Positions 8,888 through 18,040 of a stretch of DNA of 58,091 nt are shown piece after piece. The DNA is from Verrucomicrobiota bacterium. Lineage in GTDB: Bacteria > Verrucomicrobiota > Verrucomicrobiia > Limisphaerales > JADLHS01. The DNA is taken from positions 1 through 58,091 of the forward strand of contig JANXWY010000202.1 of assembly GCA_025350905.1 (NCBI GenBank). Direction: 5' to 3'. Positions within the stretch are counted from its first letter, which is position 1. Every line of letters begins with the position of its first letter. The position numbers and the translations under genes are program-made. The notes beneath the pieces are model-generated. The model did no database searches and was not told where the DNA came from. It was given only the letters and a program-made list of their open reading frames with translations.

Positions 8888-11800
8888 TCAGGGCGTGACG
8901 GCACGATAGAAGGTGTTCGTCGTCGAGACAGCGGATGCGTCGGTGATGACGACGGGGCCGGCGTAAATGAAGTTCGTGAGATCGGTCCAAGGGCCAACGG
9001 CCAGCGAAGGTGAAGTCTGGATGCGGTAAGGTTGACCAACGGTACCGTCGCTGAAAGTGGAACTGAATCCGGTGGCTGGAGAATAAATCAGATTGCTGAA
9101 CCGACCCCGAGCAGCGCTGATGTTTGCTCTAGCGATGGAAGCGGAAACTTTGTTTCCAGCAATGAGGAATTCGCCACCCACATATAGGTTTGTTCCGGAG
9201 GCTCCTAAGGCACGGACATCGTAATCCATGCCTGAACCCAAGGCTGACCATACGATGCCGTCCCACTTTGCAACGTAATTGATTGCGTTTCCGCCCGCTT
9301 CCTTGAAATAGCCGCCCGCATATAGGTCGGTACCGGATTGCGCGAGTGCGTAGACCGCGTCTCCATCGAATGACTGGGCTCCAACCCCCAATCCTAAAGC
9401 AGACCACGTGCTTCCGTTCCATTTGGCAACACAACGAGCTGCAATCCCGCCGGCGGTAGTGAAAGTGCCCCCCGCATACAACTCGGCGCCGGAGACTACC
9501 AGCGCAAAGACATAGGAATCTTGATCTCCAATTCCAGAGCCGAGGGCGGACCAAGTGGTGCCGTTCCATTTCGCAATTCGGCTGGCTTCAATCCCACCTG
9601 CATTCGTAAAAGTGCCTCCCGCATAAAGGTCAGTACCGGAGGTTGTGAGTGCGTAGACCGCGTCATTCATTCCCGCCCCCAAAGACGTCCACGCGGTCCC
9701 ATCCCACCTAGCAATTCGGCTAGCCACAGTTCCGCCTGCATTGGTAAAAGCACCGCCCGCATACAAGGTCGTACCTGATAATGCTAGCGCGTGGACCTCG
9801 TCGTTCATGCCTTCCCCTAAAGCCGTCCATGCGCTCCCATCCCACTTGGCAATTCGGTTGACCGTTATTCCACCCGCATTAGTGAATGCGCCGCCCGCAT
9901 ACAATGTCGCACCTGATATAGCTAGCGCATTGACGCCGTCATTCATGCCTTCCCCCAAAGCCGACCAGGCGCTCCCGTCCCATTTTGCAATTCGGCTGGC
10001 CGCTGTTCCACCCGCCTTGGTAAAGTAGCCAGCCACATACAAGTTCGTATCGGACACCGTCAGCGACATGACCACATCATTCATGCCCGCCCCTAGAGCC
10101 GACCACGTAATGCCGTTCCACTTAGCAATGTTAATGGCAGCCGTTCCGCCCGCCGTGGCGAAGTTGCCACCTGCATACAAAGTCCTTCCCGTTTCATATA
10201 CGACTAATGCCTCGACGCTGCGGTTCATCCCCACCCCTAAGGTTGACCACCCGCTACCGTTCCATCTAGCAATTCGGTTGGCAGTCACCCCACCCGCTGT
10301 TGTAAACCAGCCGCCCGCGTACAGGAGTGTGCCGTCCATAGCTAGCGCACTGACCCAGTCGTTCATCCCTGATCCCAAGGACAACCATGTGCTTCCGTTC
10401 CATTTTGCAGTGTAATTAGCAAAATTGCCACCTGCCGTGGTAAATGCCCCTCCCGCATAAACGTTGGCTCCGCTCATCGCAACGGCAAACACAGCATCGT
10501 TCATCCCCGTTCCCAACGCTGACCAGACGCTTCCGTTCCAACGTGCTATGCGGTTGACCGTGAACCCACCAGCAAAAGTGAAAGCACCTCCTGCATACAG
10601 CTGGCTGCCTGACGCTGCTAGAGAGAATACATACGGATAATCACCTCCCATTCCTCCTCCTACCTCGGACCATGTGGATCCGTTCCACTTCGCAATCGCT
10701 TTAGCTGGACTTCCACCTGCCGTGGTGAACGAACCACCTGCAAATAGCTCGGCGTTGAACACCACCAACGCGTTGACTTGATTGTTCATTCCCGAGCCCA
10801 AAGCCGACCAGGCGCTTCCATCCCATTTGGCAACATTGGTGGCTCCGGTCCCGCCTGCAGAGGTGAACAAACCTCCGGCGTAGAGGTTTGTCCCCGATAC
10901 TGCCAGCGCAGTGACGTTGCCGTTCATCCCCGAACCGAGAGCTGACCACGCGGTCCCGTCCCACTTGGCGATCCGGTTCGCGACCACGTCTCCCACAAGG
11001 TTGAACCAACCGCCGATATACAGATTGCCTAAAGCATCCGTCGCAGCAGCGAATACCAAGCTATCTGCCCCCGGTAGCCCACCCATGCTGATCCAGTCGG
11101 CATCGCTGAAGGTGGGGTCAATGCGCACGGGATAGATTGCTGACGTATCATCAACCAGCACGGCCAGTCGCGTAGCGGCAGGCGTCCCCGACTGCCGTAG
11201 GGCCGGGGCTTCCAGCCCGGCGGAAAGACCGGAGCTTGCAAATTTCTCGAAGTTGAATCCGGACGCTCCCGTCGTAGCTGCGACAATTCCGGGCGGCAGG
11301 ATGCCGCCCTCTACGTCAGGCAGGATGCCTGACGCTACTTCCATCCGCGCCGGCAACTCGCGTCCTGTGGCATCAACCACGCGCAGGCGATTGTAGGCGA
11401 GCATGCGTCTGGAGCCGTCCAACACCAACCGCGCGCCATTGAGCAGCGGCTCGGCTTTCGCGCCGGCCACTTCCAGTTCCACCCGCAGTTCGCCATCGCC
11501 TTCGGGCCGTTGTTCCACGACGAAATCCTGCCGTACCCCGTCCACGCTCGCCGAGTATTCTTCTGTCAAACCGGGCCGGATGAATCGGACTAACGAGCCG
11601 ACCACGGTCACCGAACCAGTGAACGGAAGCGACCGTTCCGTCGGTAGCAGCCGACGTGAGGAGGCTCTATCTGAAGCCGTTTCAAGAGAGAGCCTCCTTA
11701 CGTCGGCTGCTACGAAATCAACGGGGAAAACGCAGGCTGGAGCAAAGTCGGCCGTGCGTCCCGCAGCCACCGCCATCACTCGGAAGCGTTCGTCGGAAGG

Positions 11801-12079
11801 ATTACCCGCCGTGGAATGAAGCCAGAGCCCTTCGCTCGTCACCTCGCCTTCCAGTCTTTGGAAGGCGCAGCGCAGTCGCGCCCCGTCCGGCATAGCGGTG
11901 ACGGACAAACCATCGCCCTGATACTGTTTGCCGGCCATGGCCCCGAGCTGGTCCATGGGAATCGGCGCGGCGTGGTTTGCGGCGGGAGAGTTTTCGCGGG
12001 CCGATTGCGCGGCCACGGGCAAGCCCGCGAGCCAGACGATGGTCGCCAAGTTAAATCCGTAGTAACTAATTCCCTTCAT
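8888..12079 (-). CDS. secreted multi-blade beta-propeller repeat protein
   Basis: Signal-like N-terminus MKGISYYGFNLATIVWLAGLPVAAQSA (ATG at 12079). It has about 13-14 tandem units of about 47 aa (IAKW[DN]GxxWSALGxGMN..V.AL..SG..LYAGG.FT.AGG). The C-terminal domain of about 80 aa ends ...FYRAVTP. Confidence 0.8.
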   Translation of the reverse strand: MKGISYYGFNLATIVWLAGLPVAAQSARENSPAANHAAPIPMDQLGAMAGKQYQGDGLSVTAMPDGARLRCAFQRLEGEVTSEGLWLHSTAGNPSDERFRVMAVAAGRTADFAPACVFPVDFVAADVRRLSLETASDRASSRRLLPTERSLPFTGSVTVVGSLVRFIRPGLTEEYSASVDGVRQDFVVEQRPEGDGELRVELEVAGAKAEPLLNGARLVLDGSRRMLAYNRLRVVDATGRELPARMEVASGILPDVEGGILPPGIVAATTGASGFNFEKFASSGLSAGLEAPALRQSGTPAATRLAVLVDDTSAIYPVRIDPTFSDADWISMGGLPGADSLVFAAATDALGNLYIGGWFNLVGDVVANRIAKWDGTAWSALGSGMNGNVTALAVSGTNLYAGGLFTSAGGTGATNVAKWDGSAWSALGSGMNNQVNALVVFNAELFAGGSFTTAGGSPAKAIAKWNGSTWSEVGGGMGGDYPYVFSLAASGSQLYAGGAFTFAGGFTVNRIARWNGSVWSALGTGMNDAVFAVAMSGANVYAGGAFTTAGGNFANYTAKWNGSTWLSLGSGMNDWVSALAMDGTLLYAGGWFTTAGGVTANRIARWNGSGWSTLGVGMNRSVEALVVYETGRTLYAGGNFATAGGTAAINIAKWNGITWSALGAGMNDVVMSLTVSDTNLYVAGYFTKAGGTAASRIAKWDGSAWSALGEGMNDGVNALAISGATLYAGGAFTNAGGITVNRIAKWDGSAWTALGEGMNDEVHALALSGTTLYAGGAFTNAGGTVASRIARWDGTAWTSLGAGMNDAVYALTTSGTDLYAGGTFTNAGGIEASRIAKWNGTTWSALGSGIGDQDSYVFALVVSGAELYAGGTFTTAGGIAARCVAKWNGSTWSALGLGVGAQSFDGDAVYALAQSGTDLYAGGYFKEAGGNAINYVAKWDGIVWSALGSGMDYDVRALGASGTNLYVGGEFLIAGNKVSASIARANISAARGRFSNLIYSPATGFSSTFSDGTVGQPYRIQTSPSLAVGPWTDLTNFIYAGPVVITDASAVSTTNTFYRAVTP
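11644..11713. repeat. 70-nt palindromic element inserted in frame in the propeller CDS
   Basis: Arms are GTAGCAGCCGACGTGAGGAGGCTC (11644-11667) and GAGCCTCCTTACGTCGGCTGCTAC (11690-11713), complementary at 23/24. The loop is 22 nt. It is translated as VAADVRRLSLETASDRASSRRLLPT. Confidence 0.8.
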
Positions 12080-12241
12080 TGGCGGCGCCCTGAGTGGATT
12101 GAGCTTCCTGATTATGTTCCCCAGCGAACTGTGCGATGCGTTGCGATTGGGGTTAACGATTGTGAGACTCTCACTCTCTGACCCGCAAATCAAGGTTGCT
12201 TTTGTGTGACTGCAAGTGGCTGACGGTTGGATTCGCTCGTG

Positions 12242-12339
12242 CTCTTGATCGTAATCTTGCTCTTAATCGCCATTGTAGATTTCGCCCAGCGTAAGCAGTT
12301 GGGGAGGATTACGATTAAGAAAAAGTTTACGATTAAGAA
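12242..12339. promoter_or_regulatory. four copies of a 13-nt AT-rich motif in a divergent intergenic region
   Basis: TTACGATTAAGAA occurs exactly at 12309-12321 and 12327-12339. Its reverse complement occurs at 12242-12254 (11/13) and 12260-12272 (10/13). Each pair has an 18-nt pitch. The sites lie between the propeller gene (-) and yebC (+). Confidence 0.35.
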
Positions 12340-12418
12340 CCAAGGCCTGCCTTTGCCAATCGCCCTTGCGCCAAAGCCCCGACTTGGCCCCGCGCTGCGA
12401 CCTCGTTAGTCTTCGCCC

Positions 12419-13150
12419 ATGGGACGTCAATGGTTGCATGCAAAACGGCTTGTCGCCGGGCTGAAAAAGGGCCGGACGACCGGCAAACTCGTTCGCGAAA
12501 TTTCCGTGTCCGCCCGGATGGGCGGCGCGGATCCGGCCATGAATGCGCGGCTCTTTACCGCGGTGGAAAAGGCGAAAAAGGAGAGCGTGACGAAGGACGC
12601 CATCCAGCGCGCCATCAACAAAGGCGCGGGTATCGGCGACGAAAAACTCGTGATGGAGCACGTCGTGTTCGAAGGATACGCCCCGCACAAGGTGGGGGTC
12701 ATCGTCGAAGTGTATACCGACAATGTGAACCGGACTGCCCCAGAAGTTCGCGTTCTGTTCAAGAAAGGCCAGTTGGGCACGGCGGGCAGTAACAAATTCC
12801 TCTTCGACCATGTCGGCCTCGTGGAAGCGCATCACGCCGATGCGACCATCGACCGGGAAGCGGCCGCCATCGAAGCCGGCGCGAATGAATTCGAGCCTCT
12901 CGCCCATGAACAAAACGACGATATTCCGGAAGGCGCGGCGGGCGCGCGGTTTATCTGCGATCGCACCGCGGTGCATGCGGTGGTCAAATGGCTGGCCGCG
13001 AACGGCTGGACGGTGGTGACAAGCGAACTGGGCTACGTGCCTAAGCAGTTTCCGGAACTGACGGAGGCCCAGCGGGCCGAGGCTGGTGAATTTCTGCAGA
13101 CGCTCGACGATCACGAGGATGTTCATCGCGTGTGGGCGGCGATGAAATGA
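12419..13150 (+). CDS. yebC: YebC/PmpR-family transcriptional regulator
   Basis: MGRQWLHAKRLVAGLKKGRTTGKLVREISVSARMGGADPAMNARL... is a typical YebC/TACO1 N-terminus. The length of 243 aa also fits. Confidence 0.9.
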   Translation: MGRQWLHAKRLVAGLKKGRTTGKLVREISVSARMGGADPAMNARLFTAVEKAKKESVTKDAIQRAINKGAGIGDEKLVMEHVVFEGYAPHKVGVIVEVYTDNVNRTAPEVRVLFKKGQLGTAGSNKFLFDHVGLVEAHHADATIDREAAAIEAGANEFEPLAHEQNDDIPEGAAGARFICDRTAVHAVVKWLAANGWTVVTSELGYVPKQFPELTEAQRAEAGEFLQTLDDHEDVHRVWAAMK

Positions 13151-13956
13151 TGCCGTGGGTCTGGGTAACGGTTTTTCTCCTGGGTGGAGCGGTTTCGGGC
13201 TTCGCGCAATTAGCCGGGCCCGGCTCGCCCGGCGTCACCGCGTCGCTCATCCACCTCTTTGGCTCGAACGTGGCTTTCACCGCGCAGGCAGAAGTCCAGA
13301 TCCTGGGGTTAGACCAGAAGGAACGCGTCGCCATGCCGATGACGTTCACCCGGCTCGACAGCCAGATCCGGGTGGAGGTGGAGGTGGCCCGCATGCGGAA
13401 TCGCGAGCAACCCGACGCCCTTGCCCGGCTGGCGCCGCTGGGCTTGGACCGTGTCATCAGCCTGATCCGTCCAGAGCAACGCACGACGTGGGTGGCCTTT
13501 CCCAAATTACAATCGGTCGTAAAACTGGCCATGCCGCCGGCGGAAGCCGAGGCCTTTCTTAAAAAAGCAAAAGTGGAGCGCGCCGAGTTGGCCAAGGAAA
13601 TCCTGGAGGGTCATCCCTGCCGGAAGCAACGCGTGGTCATCACCGATGCTAAAGCCGAAAAACACGAAGCGACCGTCTGGATCGCGACCGATCTCCGGAA
13701 TTTTCCGGTTTGCGTGGCGACCCGGGAAGGTAATGACACGGTGGTGATGCGCTTTCGGCAGGTGCAATTCACGCGCGCCGACACGAAAGCATTCGAGCCG
13801 CCGGCCAGCTATACTGAATACGGGGACATGCCAGCACTCATGGCCGGCGCGTCGGTCAAATACTTGCGGGAACACTCCAGTGCCGCTCCGGCCACCGCTC
13901 CCGCCAGTCCCGCTTCCCCGCCCAAAACGAAAACACCTCAGCCCGTGCGTCGCTGA
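13147..13956 (+). CDS. hypothetical secreted protein
   Basis: The ATG at 13147 overlaps the yebC stop (ATGA). The N-terminus is signal-like (MMPWVWVTVFLLGGAVSGFAQ) and there is a Pro/Ala-rich C-terminal tail. I recognise no motif. Confidence 0.6.
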   Translation: MMPWVWVTVFLLGGAVSGFAQLAGPGSPGVTASLIHLFGSNVAFTAQAEVQILGLDQKERVAMPMTFTRLDSQIRVEVEVARMRNREQPDALARLAPLGLDRVISLIRPEQRTTWVAFPKLQSVVKLAMPPAEAEAFLKKAKVERAELAKEILEGHPCRKQRVVITDAKAEKHEATVWIATDLRNFPVCVATREGNDTVVMRFRQVQFTRADTKAFEPPASYTEYGDMPALMAGASVKYLREHSSAAPATAPASPASPPKTKTPQPVRR

Positions 13957-14405
13957 TACCGCAGAATCTTGAACTCCGGCAAAGTGCGGATTTCTTCAGT
14001 CAGTTCGAACCGGTTTTCAAACTGCGGAAAGAAAGTGTCGCCCGCCACTTCGCGTTGGACGAGCGTGAGCAAAAGCTCGGCGCACTGGGGCAACGTCTGT
14101 TCATAGATTTGGGCGCCGCCGCAGATGAACACCTGCCGGTCGCCCACCAACCTGGGCAAATCTTCAAGCGATCGAATCGTCGTGACTCCGGGATGCCGGA
14201 AGCCCGAACGGCTCAGGACCATTGTTTCGCGATTCGGTAAGGGCCGGCCGATGGATTCAAACGTTTTTCGCCCCATCACGAGCACGTGGCCGGTGGTCGT
14301 CTGTTTGAACCATTGAAAATCCTCCGGCAAATGCCAGGGAATTTGATTCCCGGCCCCAATCACGCGATTCAGCGACATGGCGGCGATGGCTATGAATGGC
14401 TTCAC
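13938..14405 (-). CDS. folA: dihydrofolate reductase
   Basis: FIAIAAMSLNRVIGAGNQIPWHLPEDFQWFKQTTTGHVLVMGRKTFESIGRPLPNR matches the DHFR N-terminal consensus. The GTG start overlaps the trpF stop (GTGA). Confidence 0.9.
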   Translation of the reverse strand: MKPFIAIAAMSLNRVIGAGNQIPWHLPEDFQWFKQTTTGHVLVMGRKTFESIGRPLPNRETMVLSRSGFRHPGVTTIRSLEDLPRLVGDRQVFICGGAQIYEQTLPQCAELLLTLVQREVAGDTFFPQFENRFELTEEIRTLPEFKILRYQRRTG

Positions 14406-15034
14406 GATTCGTTGGCGACGACGCCTTTAGCGGCGGCAATGAACGCATGCACCTTCGCGGGATCTTTTTTCCCGGGCGCAGATTCCACGCCGCTCGAAAC
14501 GTCCACGGCAAACGGTTGAACGCGGTGCACGGCTGCGGCCACGTTTTCCGGCGTCAACCCGCCCGCGAGAAAAATCGGGCGCCCCAACTGCTTGGCGGCC
14601 ACTGCGAGGTCCCAGTTGAACGACTCGCCCGTGCCTCCCAGCGCGGCGGCGGAAAAGGCGTCCAGCAACCAGGCGTCCGTGGGATAACCCGGCAGCGCGG
14701 TGAGCGAAGCGGCGTCGCGGATGCGAAACGCCTTCAGGCTCCTCACGCCGAACTGGGTGCAGAATTCCGGCGTTTCCTCGCCGTGAAATTGAAGCAGGCT
14801 CACCCCGCACTCGGCGATGGCACGCTGCACGGCTGCCACCGGCGGGTTTACGAATACACCCACTTTCAAAACGTGCGGTGGCAACGCGCGGGCGATCGCC
14901 GCAGCGTTGGCCCACGAAACATGCCGCGGGCTGCGTTCATAAAACATCAACCCGATCATGTCGGCGCCCGCCGCGGCAGCAGCGCAGCCGTCGCCTTCGC
15001 TGGTAATGCCGCAAATTTTTACCTGCACACCCAT
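14402..15034 (-). CDS. trpF: phosphoribosylanthranilate isomerase
   Basis: From the ATG at 15034 it reads MGVQVKICGITSEGDGCAAAAAGADMIGLMFYERSPRHV..., the TrpF TIM-barrel pattern. The longer ORF-track start at 15193 adds a low-complexity extension. Confidence 0.85.
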   Translation of the reverse strand: MGVQVKICGITSEGDGCAAAAAGADMIGLMFYERSPRHVSWANAAAIARALPPHVLKVGVFVNPPVAAVQRAIAECGVSLLQFHGEETPEFCTQFGVRSLKAFRIRDAASLTALPGYPTDAWLLDAFSAAALGGTGESFNWDLAVAAKQLGRPIFLAGGLTPENVAAAVHRVQPFAVDVSSGVESAPGKKDPAKVHAFIAAAKGVVANES

Positions 15035-15275
15035 ACCCTTGCGCGCCCAGCGTAGGCCGGAATCACAGGAACGGAAAGCGCTGTTTCCCCCTCCCTCCCT
15101 CCCGTCAGCTGCCCCCGGCGATGTTGCGGCTTGCTCGCGTACGGATTTTAAGTTTGATCGCCCCGGCGGAGCCTGCGCCGGAGATCGGCCCAACTATTTT
15201 GGCGTAAGCTTACCCGAAGGGATCAAGAGCCGGTTTGACTTGGGCCGGCGGATTGGGAACAATACTGCCCGACGT

Positions 15276-15695
15276 ATGCCGGCAAAAAGTAGTACGCAGA
15301 AAGGCCGTTCCACCCGCCAACAAACGCGGGAACTGGATGTTCAGATCAATTTCATCGAAGGCGTCGTCCGCCGTGACCCAGCCTACGTGGAGGCGTTGCA
15401 ACTGCTGGGGGACACCTACACCAAACGCGGCCGGTTCACCGAAGGTCTGGGCGTGGACGAACGGCTCGCGCAATTGGAACCGGGAAATCCACTCGTGTTC
15501 TACAATCTCGCTTGCAGTTATTCGCTCACCGGCCAGTGTGAGCTCGCAGTGCAGACGCTCGAACAGGCGTTCCGTCTCGGCTACCGCGACTTTGCTTGGC
15601 TCGCCCGCGATCCCGATCTTCGCAAATTGCGCAAGCACCCGCTCTACGCCCAGATCCGAGCGACCATCCGCCGGCTCAAAAGCAGCGCCGCCTGA
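15276..15695 (+). CDS. TPR-repeat protein
   Basis: TPR-like helices are present (AYVEALQLLGDTYTKRGRFTEGL, PLVFYNLACSYSLTGQCELAVQTLEQAF). I prefer the ATG at 15276 because the ORF-track start at 14958 would overlap trpF. Confidence 0.6.
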   Translation: MPAKSSTQKGRSTRQQTRELDVQINFIEGVVRRDPAYVEALQLLGDTYTKRGRFTEGLGVDERLAQLEPGNPLVFYNLACSYSLTGQCELAVQTLEQAFRLGYRDFAWLARDPDLRKLRKHPLYAQIRATIRRLKSSAA

Positions 15696-15738
15696 ACCGG
15701 CGCTGGTGTTCGCCGGAACCGTCGCTTAGCCTTGCGGC

Positions 15739-16869
15739 ATGAACGTAACCGTTCGCGGAAAAACCCGAGCGTATCGCACCGTCACCTTCGACGCGGCGCA
15801 CAACCACGTCCGCCTGATCGAACAACGGTTGTTGCCGCATACTTTCAAAATAGAAGCGTCTCGGAATTTTCGCGAAACCGCCGCCGCGATCCGCGACATG
15901 GTGGTGCGTGGGGCGGGCGCCATCGGCGCCACGGCCGCCTACGGTTTGGCCCAAGGGGCCCGGGCATTTCGCGGGAGCGATCAGCGGAAATTTTCCCGCC
16001 AGGTCGAAACGGTTTATACCACCCTGAAGGCCGCCCGGCCGACCGCGGTGGACCCGGTGAATGCCATGAATGCCGTTCGCCGCGCCATGGGCCGGGGTCA
16101 ATCGGTCGCGCAACAGCAAACGCTCGCGCTCGCCGCCGCCGAGGAATTTGCCAACGAAGACGTGCAGCATTGCGCTGCGATTGGGCGGCAGGGTGTCAAG
16201 TTGATCCGAAACGGCATGAAGGTGCTGACGCATTGCAACGCGGGTTGGCTGGCGTTTGTGGACTTCGGAACGGCCACCGCCCCGCTCTATGCGGCGCAGG
16301 CGGCCGGAAAAAGGTTTCATGTTTTTTGTGACGAAACCCGGCCTCGTTCGCAGGGCGCGACGCTTACGGCCTGGGAACTCGCGCAACAGGGTATTGCGCA
16401 CCAGATCATCGCCGACAACGCCGCGGGTCACTTGATGCAGGCCGGCGAGATTGATCTCGTTCTAGTTGGCAGCGACCGCACGCTCGGTCGCACCGGTGAG
16501 GTCGCGAACAAGATCGGCACGTACACAAAAGCGGTGTTGGCGAAGCGGCACGGGATTCCCTTCTACGTGGCCATTCCTCTTTCGACGATCGACTGGAATC
16601 TACGGCGCGGCCGGGAGATTCCGATCGAAGAACGGCCGGAGGACGAAGTTCTGGGCGCGTGGGGTGTTTTACAAACGCAGAGAACCGGAGCCGGAGTCCG
16701 GAACGGCAAGCGCGCCTATTTGCGGGTGGCGAATCCGACGAGCGGGGCCCGGAATCCGGGCTTCGATGTGACGCCGGCGGATTTGATCACGGGCATCATT
16801 ACCCCGGCGGGGATTTTCAAACCGCGAGAGCTGTGGCGCCACCGTCGCACCTTGGGCTTCAACCCGTGA
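15739..16869 (+). CDS. mtnA: S-methyl-5-thioribose-1-phosphate isomerase (eIF-2B alpha/beta/delta family)
   Basis: It contains LIEQRLLPH....IRDMVVRGAGAIGATAAYGLA, THCNAGWLA and VGSDR. Length and block order are typical of MtnA. Confidence 0.88.
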   Translation: MNVTVRGKTRAYRTVTFDAAHNHVRLIEQRLLPHTFKIEASRNFRETAAAIRDMVVRGAGAIGATAAYGLAQGARAFRGSDQRKFSRQVETVYTTLKAARPTAVDPVNAMNAVRRAMGRGQSVAQQQTLALAAAEEFANEDVQHCAAIGRQGVKLIRNGMKVLTHCNAGWLAFVDFGTATAPLYAAQAAGKRFHVFCDETRPRSQGATLTAWELAQQGIAHQIIADNAAGHLMQAGEIDLVLVGSDRTLGRTGEVANKIGTYTKAVLAKRHGIPFYVAIPLSTIDWNLRRGREIPIEERPEDEVLGAWGVLQTQRTGAGVRNGKRAYLRVANPTSGARNPGFDVTPADLITGIITPAGIFKPRELWRHRRTLGFNP

Positions 16870-16894
16870 ACCGGTGGGAGCAATACCAATAATT

Positions 16895-17953
16895 ATGAGC
16901 CCGTGGCAACGATTTTGGATGACCCTGGGACTGACGTTGTTCGTAAACGGGTCGTGGGCCCAAACCATCCTTGGGCTTCCAAGTGCTGTGGTAGCGACGA
17001 ACGGGGTGGCCAGCCCCAACGTCTTCATTGGGTGGGCAACGAACGGCGCAGCCATTTTCCAGAATTACCGGGTGCCGCGGGAATGGAATATGCCGAGCCC
17101 GACGAACAATTTCATCGGCGCGACGAATCAGAGAGCGATGAGGCCGCGCATTGCGAATTGGTCGTTCACCAACCACGTCTTCGCCGGTTTCCTCCCCGAG
17201 TCCCTGAATCAGCTCGTGTGGACCAATTTCATTGCCCACACCAACGGTCGCGACTTGAACGTTTGGTCGCAACGTACGGAGCCCGTCGGTTGGCCAACCA
17301 TTGCGCCGGTCGTCCGATGGAACACCAACAGTCTGGTCTGGGGTATGACCGGCATGACGGCCCTTAGTCCGTGTTGGGAAGGTGAAGGCAGCCTGGGTCA
17401 GGTGCCCATCACTTTGTTGACTCGCCGCCACGGCTACACGCGGGGCCATAGCATGGGTGCGGAGGGGTTCAACACGCGCCGGCTCGGCTCCAAAGCCTGG
17501 TTTTTGGCCGCGGACAATTCCCTAATCGTGCGAACGATCCGGCGTGAAGTGGTGCGGGTCGGCAAGCAGGGAGATTACACGCTTTTCATTTTCGACCGCG
17601 ATTTGCCGGACTCAATCCAACCGATGCGCGTCGTTGCCGCTGCCGAAGCACAAGCCCGGTATCTCTCGTCGGCCCTCCCTGGCGTCAGTTGTCCCGTCTT
17701 TAAGACGGAACAAAGTGGCCAAGTCAGCGCCGAGGTGACTGGTCTCACCGTCAACACTTGGAAAGGTGGGGATTCCGGATCACCCAACATGCTCCCGCTG
17801 CCGGGCGAATTGGTCTTTTTTGGCGGGCGTTCCACATCCGGCCCGAGTCCGAACATGCAGGCGGACATGGACGCACTTTCCAACTTGGAAGGATTGAGCC
17901 CAAAAGCGTATCAACTTCGGTGGGTGGATCTGTCAAAATATCCAATTTACTGA
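16895..17953 (+). CDS. secreted, divergent trypsin-fold serine peptidase (putative)
   Basis: Signal-like MSPWQRFWMTLGLTLFVNGSWAQ. A GDSGSP motif (WKGGDSGSPNMLPL) is preceded by a candidate His (YTRGHSMG) and Asp (GDYTLFIFDRD) in the chymotrypsin order H-D-S. Confidence 0.5.
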   Translation: MSPWQRFWMTLGLTLFVNGSWAQTILGLPSAVVATNGVASPNVFIGWATNGAAIFQNYRVPREWNMPSPTNNFIGATNQRAMRPRIANWSFTNHVFAGFLPESLNQLVWTNFIAHTNGRDLNVWSQRTEPVGWPTIAPVVRWNTNSLVWGMTGMTALSPCWEGEGSLGQVPITLLTRRHGYTRGHSMGAEGFNTRRLGSKAWFLAADNSLIVRTIRREVVRVGKQGDYTLFIFDRDLPDSIQPMRVVAAAEAQARYLSSALPGVSCPVFKTEQSGQVSAEVTGLTVNTWKGGDSGSPNMLPLPGELVFFGGRSTSGPSPNMQADMDALSNLEGLSPKAYQLRWVDLSKYPIY

Positions 17954-17965
17954 ACCGGCAGAAAA

Positions 17966-18040
17966 TGGTGCGCACTCTAGGGATTGAACCTAGGACCCCT
18001 TCCGTGTGAAGGAAATGCTCTACCACTGAGCTAAGCGCGC
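17966..18040 (-). tRNA. tRNA-Val (anticodon CAC), CCA encoded
   Basis: The reverse complement folds by hand as GCGCGCT TA GCTC AGTGGTA GAGC A TTTCC TTCACAC GGAAG GGGTC CTAGG TTCAATC CCTAG AGTGCGC A CCA. The acceptor stem has 7 bp (one G-T) and the T-loop is TTCAATC. Confidence 0.9.

Noticed and set aside
9100-10950. Regularly spaced repeats of about 141 nt could superficially suggest a CRISPR-like or satellite array.
   Set aside because: The units are contiguous with no unique spacers. They are in frame and translate to a coherent 47-aa beta-propeller blade motif inside one long ORF.
12227-12409. A 60-aa ORF lies in the propeller/yebC intergenic region.
   Set aside because: It is composed largely of the AT-rich repeat boxes. 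It is more plausibly regulatory DNA than a gene.
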